Source of the DNA: an uncultured Chloroflexia bacterium
GTDB lineage: Bacteria; Chloroflexota; Limnocylindria; Limnocylindrales; CSP1-4
Assembly (NCBI GenBank): GCA_963721015.1
Contig: CAVRHM010000006.1
Location: 846,484 to 910,483 of the forward strand
Direction of reading: 5' to 3'
Length of the DNA stretch: 64,000 bases
Positions 32,065 through 41,768 of the stretch are shown here, in pieces (the first letter of the stretch is position 1; every line of letters starts with the position of its first letter). The translations under genes were made by a program, and so were the position numbers. Under the pieces are notes generated by a model. The model saw only the letters and a program-made list of their open reading frames with translations, was not told the DNA's origin and did not search any database.

Positions 32065-32730
32065 ATGTACGCAGTCATCGAGACCGGCGGGAAGCAGTAT
32101 CGCGTCGAGGTCGGCACCGAGCTCCAGGTCGAGCTCCTGGATGCCGAGGCCGGCAAGACCATCACCCTCGATCGCGTCCTGCTGGTCGCCGACGGCGACA
32201 CGGCGACCATCGGCCAGCCGCTCGTCGACGGCGCCGCGGTCAGTGCCGAGGTCGTCCGCCAGGAGCGCGGCGACAAGGTCATCTCCTTCAAGTACCGCCC
32301 CAAGGCCCGGCGCCGGGTCAAGAAGGGCCATCGCCAGGAGCTGACCGTCCTGCGCATCAGCGACATCGTGGTCGGCGGCAAGAGCGCGGCGAAGGCCGTG
32401 GCCAAGGCCGAGTCGGACGCGAAGTCGGAGCGCCAGCGCCTCGAGGAGGCTGCGGCCGCCCAGGCGGCCAAGGACGCCGAGCTCGCGGCCAAGCTCGCCG
32501 CGCCGGCCAAGACCACGGCGGCCAAGACGACCAAGGCCGCGGCCAAGCCGGCGACCAAGGCCGAATCGGCTCAGGCTGACGAGGCGGCGCCGGCGAAGGC
32601 CGCGAAGCCGGCGGCCAAGCGGACCAGCACCAAGGCCAAGGCGGAGGCCGCCCCGGCGGACGAGGCCAAGGCCAAGGCACCAGCCAAGAAGCCGGCCGCC
32701 AAGCCCCGCGCCACGAAGAAGGACGAGTAG
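32065..32730 (+). CDS. rplU: 50S ribosomal protein L21 with ~120-aa Ala/Lys/Pro-rich C-terminal tail
   Basis: [17 protein letters not shown]...[28 protein letters not shown], then [10 protein letters not shown]...[18 protein letters not shown]. The upstream ORF part 31999-32064 was rejected. Confidence 0.93.
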   Translation: MYAVIETGGKQYRVEVGTELQVELLDAEAGKTITLDRVLLVADGDTATIGQPLVDGAAVSAEVVRQERGDKVISFKYRPKARRRVKKGHRQELTVLRISDIVVGGKSAAKAVAKAESDAKSERQRLEEAAAAQAAKDAELAAKLAAPAKTTAAKTTKAAAKPATKAESAQADEAAPAKAAKPAAKRTSTKAKAEAAPADEAKAKAPAKKPAAKPRATKKDE

Positions 32731-32735
32731 CGACC

Positions 32736-33011
32736 ATGGCCCACAAGAAGGCAGGCGGCAGCGTCAAGAACGGCCGCGACAGCGTCGGCCAGCGACTCGG
32801 CGTGAAGGCCGGCGACGGCCAGCTCGTCCCGGCCGGCTCGATCATCGTCCGCCAGCGCGGGATGACCTTCCTGGCCGGCCCGGGCACGGGTCTCGGCAGG
32901 GACTACACCGTGTTCGCGACCGTGACCGGCAAGGTCAAGTTCGAGCACGCCACCAAGGACAAGAAGCGCATCCGGGTCGAGGCGGTCGAGACCGCCCCGG
33001 CGACCGCCTGA
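32736..33011 (+). CDS. rpmA: 50S ribosomal protein L27
   Basis: [24 protein letters not shown]...GSIIVRQRG. Confidence 0.97.
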   Translation: MAHKKAGGSVKNGRDSVGQRLGVKAGDGQLVPAGSIIVRQRGMTFLAGPGTGLGRDYTVFATVTGKVKFEHATKDKKRIRVEAVETAPATA

Positions 33012-33095
33012 CGGCGCCGAGCCACACCGGATCTAGCCGGCGACCACCGGCTGGGCGATGGCCTGGCACGGACGGCGTCGGAGGAGTACCAGACC

Positions 33096-33308
33096 GTGAA
33101 GCCCGATATCCATCCCACCTACTACGAGGCCAAGGTCCACTGCGGGTCCTGTGGCCGCGAGTGGACCGTCGGGTCCACCCGTCCTGAGCTGCGCGTCGAC
33201 GTGTGCAGCAACTGCCACCCGTTCTTCACGGGCACGCAGAACATCATCGACACCGCCGGCCAGGTCGAGCGCTTCCAGAAGCGCCTGGAGCGCCAGGCTC
33301 GGAGCTAG
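33096..33308 (+). CDS. rpmE: 50S ribosomal protein L31 (zinc-binding type A)
   Basis: MKPDIHPTYY, CGSC...CSNCHPFFTG. GTG start with GGAGGAG upstream. Confidence 0.95.
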   Translation: MKPDIHPTYYEAKVHCGSCGREWTVGSTRPELRVDVCSNCHPFFTGTQNIIDTAGQVERFQKRLERQARS

Positions 33309-33361
33309 CGCGACGGGCCGACCATCGGTCCGTCATCCCCATCGCCGCTAGACTTGCCGCG

Positions 33362-34409
33362 ATGTCAGCCCCGTCCACCCCGGCCCCCCCCGGCGGTCCG
33401 CGCTACGCCTACGGCGGTCAGGCCCTCATGGAGGGCGTCCTCATGCGGGGCCGCGACGCGATCGCCGTCGCCCTCCGCCATCCGGACGGCCGGATCGTCA
33501 CCGCCACCGAACGCCTCGATTCGGGCCTCCACGGCAAGCGCTGGGCCAAGTGGCCGTTCGTCCGTGGTCTCGTCGTCCTGTACGAGACCCTGGTCATCGG
33601 CACGCGCTGGCTCATCCGCAGCGCCAACGTCCAGGCCGAGGAGGACGACGTCGAGCTCGGCAAGGGCTCGGTCGTGGTCATGCTCGTGGTCACCCTCGTG
33701 GCGGCGCCATCGCGATCTTCTCGCTGCTGCCGCTGTTCGTCTCGAGCGTGGCCACCGCCGATGTCGACAACGGCTGGGCCCAGCCCGTCGTCGAGGCGAT
33801 CATCCAGGTCGGCATCTTCCTGGGCTACCTGACCCTCGTCTGCCGGACGCCGGACATCCACCGCGTCTTCCAGTACCACGGCGCCGAGCACATGACCATC
33901 CACGCGCTGGAGGCTGGCGATCCGCTGACCGTCGACGAGGTCCGCAAGTACCCGACCGCCCATCACCGCTGCGGGACCGAGTTCCTCGTCGTCCTGGTGA
34001 TGCTCTCGATCGTCGTCTTCGCCTTCGTCGGCAAGCAGCCGCTGCCGATCATGATCCTCAGCCGGCTGGTCGCTCATCCCGGTCCTCGCCGCCGTCGGCT
34101 ACGAGATCCTCCGGATCGGGGCGCCGCTACCGGCGCAACCCCCTGGTCAAGGTGATCATGTATCCCGGGCATCCTCGTCCAGATGATCACGACCAAGCGG
34201 CCCGAGGACGACATGATCGAGGTCGCCATCACCTCGATGCAGGAGGCCCTCGTCGCCGACGGGCAGGCCGTCCCGGCCGGCTCGACCCCGTTCGAGCGCG
34301 AGCCGATGGACCTGCCCGTGCCCGACCCGGCCGCCGGCGCCCGATGGCGCTGGAGCCCACAGAGGTGGCGGCTGCGGCCGGTCCCGGCGAGCCGCCCGCG
34401 CTGACATGA
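33362..34409 (+). pseudogene. DUF1385 (YqhQ-like) membrane protein, interrupted by about 5 single-base indels
   Basis: Blocks hop frames: YGGQALMEGVLMRG...VVTLVAA / AIAIFSLLPLF...VFQYHGAEHMTIHALE...HHRCGTEFLVV...SRLV / LIPVLAAVGYEILRIGA / RYRRNPLVKVIMYPG / [20 protein letters not shown].../ PMALEPTEV...ALT. The last frame ends in an ATGA overlap with prfA. Confidence 0.8.
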
Positions 34410-35516
34410 GCGACCTCGACGCCACGCTGGCGGAGGTCGCGGACCAGTACGACGAGTCCAGGCCGAGCTGGCCAAGCCCGAGGTCGCGGCGGACCCCGAG
34501 CGAGATCCGACGGCTCGGGCAGGAGCTGGCCCGCCTGGAACCGACCGTGGAGGCCTATCGCCGCCTGACCGCGACGCGCGAGGAGCTGCGCCGGCGCCCG
34601 CGAGCTCCGCGATGCCGGCGACAGCGACGACGACATGCGCTCGATGGCTCGCGAGGAGATCGACCGCCTGGAGGCCGACGAGACGCGCCTCCTCGAGGAG
34701 CTCAAGGTCCTGCTCCTGCCGCGCGACCCGAACGACGGCCGCGACGTCATCCTCGAGGTCCGGGCCGGGGCCGGCGGCGACGAGGCGGCGCTGTTCGCCG
34801 CGGAGCTGCTCCGGATGTACCTCCGCTACGCGCCAGACCCACCGCTTCCAGACCGAGGTGGTCAACACCAACGAGACCGGCATCGACGGGCATCAAGGAG
34901 GCCATCGTCCAGGTCCGTGGCGACGGCGCCTACAGCCGCCTGAAGTTCGAGGGCGGCGTCCATCGCGTCCAGCGCATCCCGGCGACCGAGTCGAGCGGCC
35001 GGATCCATACCTCGACGGCGACGGTCGTGGTCATGCCCGAGGCCGACGAGGTCGAGATCGACATCGACGAGGAGCGGGACCTGCGCATCGACGTCAAGCG
35101 CTCGTCGGGTCCCGGTGGCCAGTCGGTCAACACGACCGACTCGGCGGTCCGCATCACCCACCTCCCGAGCGGCCTGGTCGTCGAGATCCAGGACGAGAAG
35201 AGCCAGCACAAGAACAAGGCCAAGGCGCTGTCCGTGCTTGCGCTCGCGCCTCCTCGACATCGAGATCCAGAAGCAGCGCGCGGCCGATTCGGCGGCACGC
35301 AAGTCGATGGTCGGCAGCGGCGACCGGAGCGACAAGGTCCGGACCTACAACTTCCCCCAGGACCGGGTGACCGACCACCGCATCGGCAAGACGGTCCACA
35401 ACCTGCCCGGGGTCATGGCCGGCGACCTCGACGACCTCATCGACGCGCTGGTCATGGCCGACCAGGCCGATCGGCTGGCGTCCCTGACCGGGGACGGCGC
35501 GGACGGCGCCGCATGA
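34406..35516 (+). pseudogene. prfA: Peptide chain release factor 1, interrupted by about 6 single-base indels as given (probably sequence errors)
   Basis: RF1 blocks in three frames: [41 protein letters not shown]; [45 protein letters not shown]; [25 protein letters not shown]; [25 protein letters not shown]. Confidence 0.93.
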
Positions 35517-37807
35517 CCGAGGTCGCCACGGTCCGCTTCCTGCCCGCCCGGGACCTGCCCATCGCCCGGGCCACGGACCTCGGCTCCGTCCAGGTCCTCA
35601 AGCACGGCAATCGCTACCTCCTGACCGACACGTTCGGGGACATCCATCCCGACTCGCGCGGCCTGGGCCTGTACGACGGCGATACGCGCCAGCTGTCGTG
35701 CGCCGTCCTGCGCGTCGGCGGGGAGCGGCCGGTCCTCCTCCAGACCTCGGTCGGGGCGAACTACCGGGGCGGCATCCAGATGACCAACCCGTCCGCCGAC
35801 CGCAACCCGGACGCCAAGGTCCATCCCATGGACGAGCTGGTCGGGCCGGACGATCGGCATCTCGCGCGAGCGGCTCATCGGCGGCGACGGGGTCGAGGAG
35901 CGGGTCCGGGTCGTGAACCACGCCTCGACGCCGGCCATCGTGCCCGTCGATCCTCGGGCTCGGCGCCGACGGCGCGGACATCTTCGAGGTCCGTGGCTAC
36001 CCGCGGCTCAAGCGCGGGCGGCTGCTGCCGGTGGCGGTCACCGATCGCCGGGTGACGTTCCGCTACGACGGCCTGGACGCGGTCCGGCGGTCGACCCACC
36101 TGGCCTTCTCCGAACCGGCCATCTCGATCGAGCCCGGTCCACCCAGATCGGCCGAGCGACGGCATCGCCGACGACCGATCCGCAGTGCGCCTGGCCTGGC
36201 ACGTGAAGCTCGGTCCCGGCGAGGAGCGCGAGCTGAGCTGGACGATCTGGTCCACCCTCCGACCGGCTGCCGACCCGAGCCTCGACGAGTCGACGACGCG
36301 CACCGAGCTCGAGGCCCTCTTCCCGGATGTGCCCCGCGTGTCCGCGGACGAGGGCGCCGCGGCCTACCACGCCTGGGAACGCGGCACGACGACGGTGGCC
36401 AGTGACCACGAGCTGTTCAACCTCGTCATCAAACGCTCGGTCGCCGACCTGCGCCTGCTCATCAACGACGGCCCAGGGCCGGACCAGCGCTACGTGGCTG
36501 CCGGCGTGCCCTGGTTCGCCACGATCTTCGGCCGCGACTCGCTCATCGCGTCATTCCAGGCGCTGCCGTTCCGGCCGCAGCTGGCGGTCGAGACGCTGAC
36601 CGTGCTGGCCGCCTACCAGGCGACCGAGCTGGACCCGTCGCGCGACATGGAGCCGGGCAAGATCCTCCACGAGCTGCGCACCGGCGAGATGGCCGGGACC
36701 GGGGAGCTGCCCCACACGCCGTACTACGGGTCGGTCGATTCGACCCCGCTCTGGCTCATCCTGCTCGGCGCCACGTACGACTGGACCGGCGATGCCGACC
36801 TCGTCGACCGCCTGTGGCCGAACGCGCTGGCCGCCCTCGACTGGATCGACCGCTACGGCGACCGCGACGGCGACGGGTTCATCGAATACGAGCGGCAGAC
36901 CGATCGCGGGCTGGTCAACCAGGGCTGGAAGGACTCGAGCGACGCGATCCGCGACCGGAACGGACACGATGTGCACCGCCCCGGTCGCCCTGGCCGAGGT
37001 CCAGGGCTACGTCTTCGATGCCAAGCGGCGCATCGCGGCGCTCGCCCGGGTGCGCGGCGACGAGGCCCTGGGCACGACGCCTGGACGACGGAGGCCGACG
37101 ACCCTCCAGACCCGGTTCGAGGCGGCGTTCTGGATCGAGGACCGGCGCTACTACGCGATGGCCCTCGACGGGGAGAAGCGCCAGGCCGACGCCATCGCCT
37201 CGAACGCCGGCCAGTGCCTGTGGACCGGCATCGTCGCGCCCGAGCGGGCGCGCGACGTCATCGACCAGCTCCTTCGCCCGTCGATGTTCTCGGGCTGGGG
37301 CATCCGGACCTACGCGTGCCGGCCAGCCCGGCTATCAACCCGATCGGCTACCACAAGGGCACGGTCTGGCCGCACGACACCTCGCTCATCGCGGCGGGCC
37401 TGAAGCGCTACGGCTTCGACGACGCCTCGAACCGGCTGAGCGGGCAGGTCCTCGAGGCCGCCCAGCGGTTCCCCGACTACCGCCTGCCCGAGCTGTTCTG
37501 CGGCTTCGACCGGGGCGAGGCGACGACCCCGGTCCCGTACCCGGTCGCGTGCTCCCCGCAGGCCTGGGCCGCCGGCGCCTCGTTCCTGTTCCTCGTCGAC
37601 GATGCTCGGCCTGCGCGCGCACGCGGCGAGCGGCGAGCTGGAGCTGTCCCACCCGCACCTGCCGGACTGGCTGGGCAAGGTGACCCTGACCGACCTGCGG
37701 GTCGGCGAGGCGTCGGTCGACCTGCTGTTCCACCGCTGGCGCGGGCACGACGAGCGCCGAGGTCCTGCGCAAGGTCGGCGACGTCGCCGTCACCGATCCG
37801 ACTCTGA
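35513..37807 (+). pseudogene. Glycogen-debranching-type amylo-alpha-1,6-glucosidase (GDE_N + GDE_C), interrupted by about 12 single-base insertions
   Basis: [19 protein letters not shown]..., GVPWFATIFGRDSLI, GKILHELRTGEMA, YYGSVDSTPLW, GFIEYERQTDRGLVNQGWKDS, PVALAEVQGYVF, NPIGYHKGTVWPHDTSL, VACSPQAWAAGA, spread over all three frames. ATGA overlap with prfA. Confidence 0.8.
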
Positions 37808-37815
37808 GTCCGGCG

Positions 37816-39645
37816 ATGCCGACGACCCGCGAGTGGCTGGAGATCGGCGTCGCCCGTCTCCGGGACGCGGGCTCGGCGTCGGCCCGCCTGGATGCCGAGC
37901 TCCTCCTGGCCTATGCCAACGGGGTCGACCGGACCGCGATCCTCGCCCATCCGGAGGCGCCGGTCGGGACCGGCCCGGCGCAGACCTACGAGGCGCTCCT
38001 CGACCGTCGGGCCGCCGGCGAGCCGGTCGCCTATATCCGCGGCATGAAGGAGTTCCACGGCCTGGCCTTCAGCGTCGACGCGCGGGCGCTCATCCCGCGC
38101 CCGGAGACCGAGCTCCTCGTCGACCTCGGCCTCGCCGAGGTCATGCACCGACTGACCGGATCGGCGCGGGCCATCGGCGGACCGGCCATCGAGGTCGTCG
38201 ACATCGGGACCGGCAGCGGCGCCATCGCCGTCGCCCTGGCGGTCGCGCTGCGCGATCGACGCGTGCCGCCGGAGGAGGTCGCCATCCTGGCCCTCGACGT
38301 GTCGCCCGACGCCCTCGACCTGGCCCGTGAGAACGCCGTGGGCCACGCGGTCGGCGACCGGCTCGCCTTCCGCGAGGCCGACCTGGTGCCGGACGACCTG
38401 CCCCCAGTCGATCTCGTCCTCGCCAACCTGCCGTACGTGGACCACGCGACGCTCCCGACGCTCCCCGTCGCGGCCAGCTTCGAGCCGGCGCTGGCCCTCG
38501 ACGGCGGCCCCGACGGGCTGGCGGTCATCGCCCGACTCGTCGACCGGCTGGACACCCTCCTCGCGGTCGACGGCGTCGCCCTCCTGGAGATCGGCGCCGA
38601 CCAGGGCGACGGCGTGACCGACCTCGTGGCCGAGCGCCGGCCGGGCTGGTCGTGCCGGATCGTGCCCGATCTGGCCGGTCTGCCGCGGGTCGCCCGGATC
38701 GAACGCGGGGCCGAGCAGCCACGGGACCGGCGGCTGAGGGTGGTCCGACCGGCGTTCCCCATCCGCCTCGTCGCGCTCGACATCGACGGCACGCTCATCG
38801 ACGACGACCTGGTCGTCGGGCCGCGCACGCGGGCCGCCGTCCGCGAGGCCATGGCCCGGGACGTCGCGGTCTCCCTCGTCACCGGGCGGATGGTCTCGTC
38901 CGCCCTGCGCTTCGCGCGGGAGCTGGGCCTGACCGCGCCGGTCGTCGGCTATCAGGGCGGGCTCATCCGGGCGATGCCCCTCCCGGAGTCGACCCGCCTC
39001 GGCCGGTTGCTGCGGCACACGCCGCTGGCCGCCGACGTGGCCCGGGACATCATCGACTGGACCCGCGAGCAGGGCCTGGATCCGCATGTCAATCACCTCG
39101 AGCGGTTCATCCTCCGAGCGGACGACCCGCGCGCCGACGACTACTCGGCGTTCATGGGCGCCCAGGCCGAGCTCGTGCCGGACCTCCGGGCGGCCATCCG
39201 CCACCCGGTCACGAAGGTCCTCGCCGTCGGCGAGCCGCCGATGCCCAACGCCCTGGCGCCTGCGGCCCGGGCGGCCTTCGCCGGGCGGGCCGACGTGACC
39301 ATCTCGCACCCGAGGTTCCTCGAGTTCGTCGCGCCTGGGGTGTCCAAGGGCCGCGCCATCCGCTACCTGGCGCGGCGCCTCCGCGTGCCGCTGGCGGCGA
39401 CCCTGGCCATCGGCGACCAGTGGAACGACCTCGAGATGCTCGGCGAGGTGGGCCACGGTGCCGCGATGCCGACCGCGCCGGCGGAGGTCCAGGCTGTCGC
39501 CCGCTACATCGCCCCACCGGTCGCGGATGAAGGCGTGGCCCAGATGATCGAGCGTCTCGTCCTGGCCTCACCGGACGACGCCCTGGCCGCCTCCCGGCAG
39601 CTCGCCGCCGAACGACGCGAGCACGTCGCGGCATCGACCGGATGA
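37816..39645 (+). CDS. prmC: Release-factor glutamine methyltransferase PrmC (aa 1-~290) joined in one ORF to a Cof-type HAD-IIB phosphatase (aa ~310-609)
   Basis: PrmC: EPVAYIRGMKEFHGL, SAM motif VVDIGTGSGAI, catalytic motif present as NLPY instead of NPPY, DLAGLPRVARIER. HAD: LVALDIDGTLI, VSLVTGR, SKGRAIRYL, GDQWNDLEML. Confidence 0.8.
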   Translation: MPTTREWLEIGVARLRDAGSASARLDAELLLAYANGVDRTAILAHPEAPVGTGPAQTYEALLDRRAAGEPVAYIRGMKEFHGLAFSVDARALIPRPETELLVDLGLAEVMHRLTGSARAIGGPAIEVVDIGTGSGAIAVALAVALRDRRVPPEEVAILALDVSPDALDLARENAVGHAVGDRLAFREADLVPDDLPPVDLVLANLPYVDHATLPTLPVAASFEPALALDGGPDGLAVIARLVDRLDTLLAVDGVALLEIGADQGDGVTDLVAERRPGWSCRIVPDLAGLPRVARIERGAEQPRDRRLRVVRPAFPIRLVALDIDGTLIDDDLVVGPRTRAAVREAMARDVAVSLVTGRMVSSALRFARELGLTAPVVGYQGGLIRAMPLPESTRLGRLLRHTPLAADVARDIIDWTREQGLDPHVNHLERFILRADDPRADDYSAFMGAQAELVPDLRAAIRHPVTKVLAVGEPPMPNALAPAARAAFAGRADVTISHPRFLEFVAPGVSKGRAIRYLARRLRVPLAATLAIGDQWNDLEMLGEVGHGAAMPTAPAEVQAVARYIAPPVADEGVAQMIERLVLASPDDALAASRQLAAERREHVAASTG

Positions 39646-40289
39646 CGGCCCGCGTCGTCCCGGACGGGCCGGCCGGCCGCGCGGACGCGGCCGACGTCCT
39701 GCGCGCCGGCGGCGTCGTGGCCCTGCCGACCGACACGGTCTACGGGATCGGCGTGGCGCTGGCGACCCCGGGCGGCATCGAGCGCCTGTTCGCCGCGAAG
39801 CGCCGGCCGCCCGACAAGGGGATCATGCTCCTCCTCGATGACGCCGCCCAGGCAGCACGGATCGGGCGGATGACGCCGGCCGCCGCGGCCCTCGCCACCG
39901 CGTGCTGGCCGGGCGGCCTGACCGTCGTCGTCCCCCAGCGCCCTGATGTCCCGCTGCCGGCCGTCCTGACCGGTGGCGCCTCGACGATCGGCCTGCGGGC
40001 GCCGGACCATGACGCTCCGCGGGCGCTGGCCCGGGCGGTGGGGCCGCTGCCGGTCACCTCGGCCAACGTCTCGGGCCTGCCGGAGGCCAGCGACGCGGCC
40101 GCCATCGTCGAGCAGCTCGGGGCGGCCGTGGACCTCGTGCTGGATGGTGGCCCGGCCCATGGCGGACCGGCCTCGACCGTCGTCGACTGCACCGACGAGC
40201 GGCCGACCATCCTGCGCCAGGGCGCGGTCCCGCTGGAGCGGGTCATCGCCGTCCTCGAGGCCGCCGGGGTGGCGCACGACCTCGGCTGA
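39642..40289 (+). CDS. tsaC: L-threonylcarbamoyladenylate synthase (TsaC/YrdC/Sua5 family)
   Basis: GGVVALPTDTVYGIGV, FAAKRRPPDKGI, TSANVSG, ASTVVDC. ATGA overlap with the upstream ORF. Confidence 0.9.
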   Translation: MTARVVPDGPAGRADAADVLRAGGVVALPTDTVYGIGVALATPGGIERLFAAKRRPPDKGIMLLLDDAAQAARIGRMTPAAAALATACWPGGLTVVVPQRPDVPLPAVLTGGASTIGLRAPDHDAPRALARAVGPLPVTSANVSGLPEASDAAAIVEQLGAAVDLVLDGGPAHGGPASTVVDCTDERPTILRQGAVPLERVIAVLEAAGVAHDLG

Positions 40290-40397
40290 GGGGACGGCGG
40301 CGCCGTCCGCGGTCGCGTTCGTGGGAAGATACCGGCCGAGTGGGGGCGGGGCGCCGGAAGACGGGTCGGCGTCGGCGAGGGAAGGAGTCATCGACGC

Positions 40398-41726
40398 ATG
40401 ACCATGTCGAAGCCACGCGGCCTGGCGCTCGAGTCGATCGCCGAGGTGGATCCCGTCCTGTGGGAGGCGATGCTCGGCGAGCGCCGCCGCCAGCACGACA
40501 AGATCGAGCTCATCGCCAGCGAGAACTACGTGTCCGCGGCGGTCATGGAGGCCCAGGGCTCGTGGCTGACCAACAAGTACGCGGAAGGCCTGCCGGGCAA
40601 GCGCTACTACGGCGGCTGCGAGTTCGTCGACATCGCCGAGACCCTGGCCCAGGAGCGTGCGCTGGCCCTGTTCCCCGGCGCCGAGCATGTCAATGTCCAG
40701 CCCCACTCCGGGGCCCAGGCCAACATGGCCGCCTACTTCTCCGTCCTCAAGCCGGGCGACCGGATCCTGGGCATGAACCTGGCCCACGGCGGCCACCTCA
40801 CCCACGGCATGGCCCTCAACTTCAGCGGCAAGCTCTATGAGGTCCACGCCTACGGCGTCCGCCAGGACACGGAACGCATCGACTACGACGCGATGGAGAC
40901 GCAGGCGCGCGAAGTCCGGCCCAAGCTCATCGTCGGTGGGGCCAGCGCGTATCCCCGGATCTGGGACTTCGAACGGATGGCCGACATCGCCCACAGCGTG
41001 GGTGCTCTCCTGTTCGTCGACATGGCCCACGTCGCCGGCCTCGTCGCGGCCGGGGTCCATCCCAGCCCGTTCCCGCACGCCGACATCGTCACGACGACGA
41101 CCCACAAGACGCTGCGCGGACCGCGCGGCGGTCTCATCTTCTCGAGGCACGAGCTGCCCTCGTCGGTGGACCCGGCGGACTTTCCCGCGCTCAAGGGGTC
41201 CCTCGGCGCCGGCATCGACAAGACCGTCTTCCCGGGCGTCCAGGGCGGTCCCCTCATGCAGGTCATCGCCGGCAAGGCGGTCGCGTTCAAGCTCGCCGCG
41301 GAGCCGACCTTCCGCGCCGACCAGGAACGCACCGTGGCCAACGCCCGGGTCCTGGCCGAGACGCTCGCCGAGCTCGGCGCCCGGGTCGTCTCCGGCGGGA
41401 CGGACAACCACCTGATGCTGGTCGACGTGACCCCGCTGGGCGTGACGGGCAAGGAGGCCGAGCACCTGCTCGACGAGATCGGGATCACGGTCAACAAGAA
41501 CGGCATCCCGTTCGACCCGCTGCCGCCCAACACGGCCTCCGGCATCCGGCTGGGCACCCCGGCCACGACCTCGCGCGGCTTCGGCGAGGGCGAGATGCGG
41601 GCGATCGGTCGGATGATCATCGAGGCCATCGCCACGCGCGGCGACGAGGCGGCGCATCGGCGGCTGGCCGATGAGGTCCGCGACATCACCGGCCGCTTCC
41701 CGGTCCCGGGCCTGCCGTCCGCGTGA
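40398..41726 (+). CDS. glyA: Serine hydroxymethyltransferase
   Basis: [40 protein letters not shown] (PLP lysine). GAAGGAG SD upstream. Confidence 0.97.
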   Translation: MTMSKPRGLALESIAEVDPVLWEAMLGERRRQHDKIELIASENYVSAAVMEAQGSWLTNKYAEGLPGKRYYGGCEFVDIAETLAQERALALFPGAEHVNVQPHSGAQANMAAYFSVLKPGDRILGMNLAHGGHLTHGMALNFSGKLYEVHAYGVRQDTERIDYDAMETQAREVRPKLIVGGASAYPRIWDFERMADIAHSVGALLFVDMAHVAGLVAAGVHPSPFPHADIVTTTTHKTLRGPRGGLIFSRHELPSSVDPADFPALKGSLGAGIDKTVFPGVQGGPLMQVIAGKAVAFKLAAEPTFRADQERTVANARVLAETLAELGARVVSGGTDNHLMLVDVTPLGVTGKEAEHLLDEIGITVNKNGIPFDPLPPNTASGIRLGTPATTSRGFGEGEMRAIGRMIIEAIATRGDEAAHRRLADEVRDITGRFPVPGLPSA

Positions 41727-41768
41727 GCGCGTCGAGGTGACGTCCCGTCCTCCGGCGGTCGCTCGCCG

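Noticed and set aside
34406-35516. Interpreting the many frame changes in prfA (and in gyrB, mreB, mrdA) as programmed recoding or as genuine gene loss.
   Set aside because: The sites have no slippery heptamers, stimulatory structures or conserved contexts. They are numerous and scattered, mostly simple extra C/G bases, and they hit essential single-copy-type genes. Only the prfB site (3706-3721) has the canonical recoding signature.
40290-40397. A riboswitch (ZTP/pfl or THF type) in the 108-nt leader of glyA.
   Set aside because: There is a 7-bp hairpin (GGACGGC-ggc-GCCGTCC). I could not find the conserved ZTP pseudoknot/CCGCCUGGGCA element or a THF-like core. It may just be the tsaC terminator-like stem.
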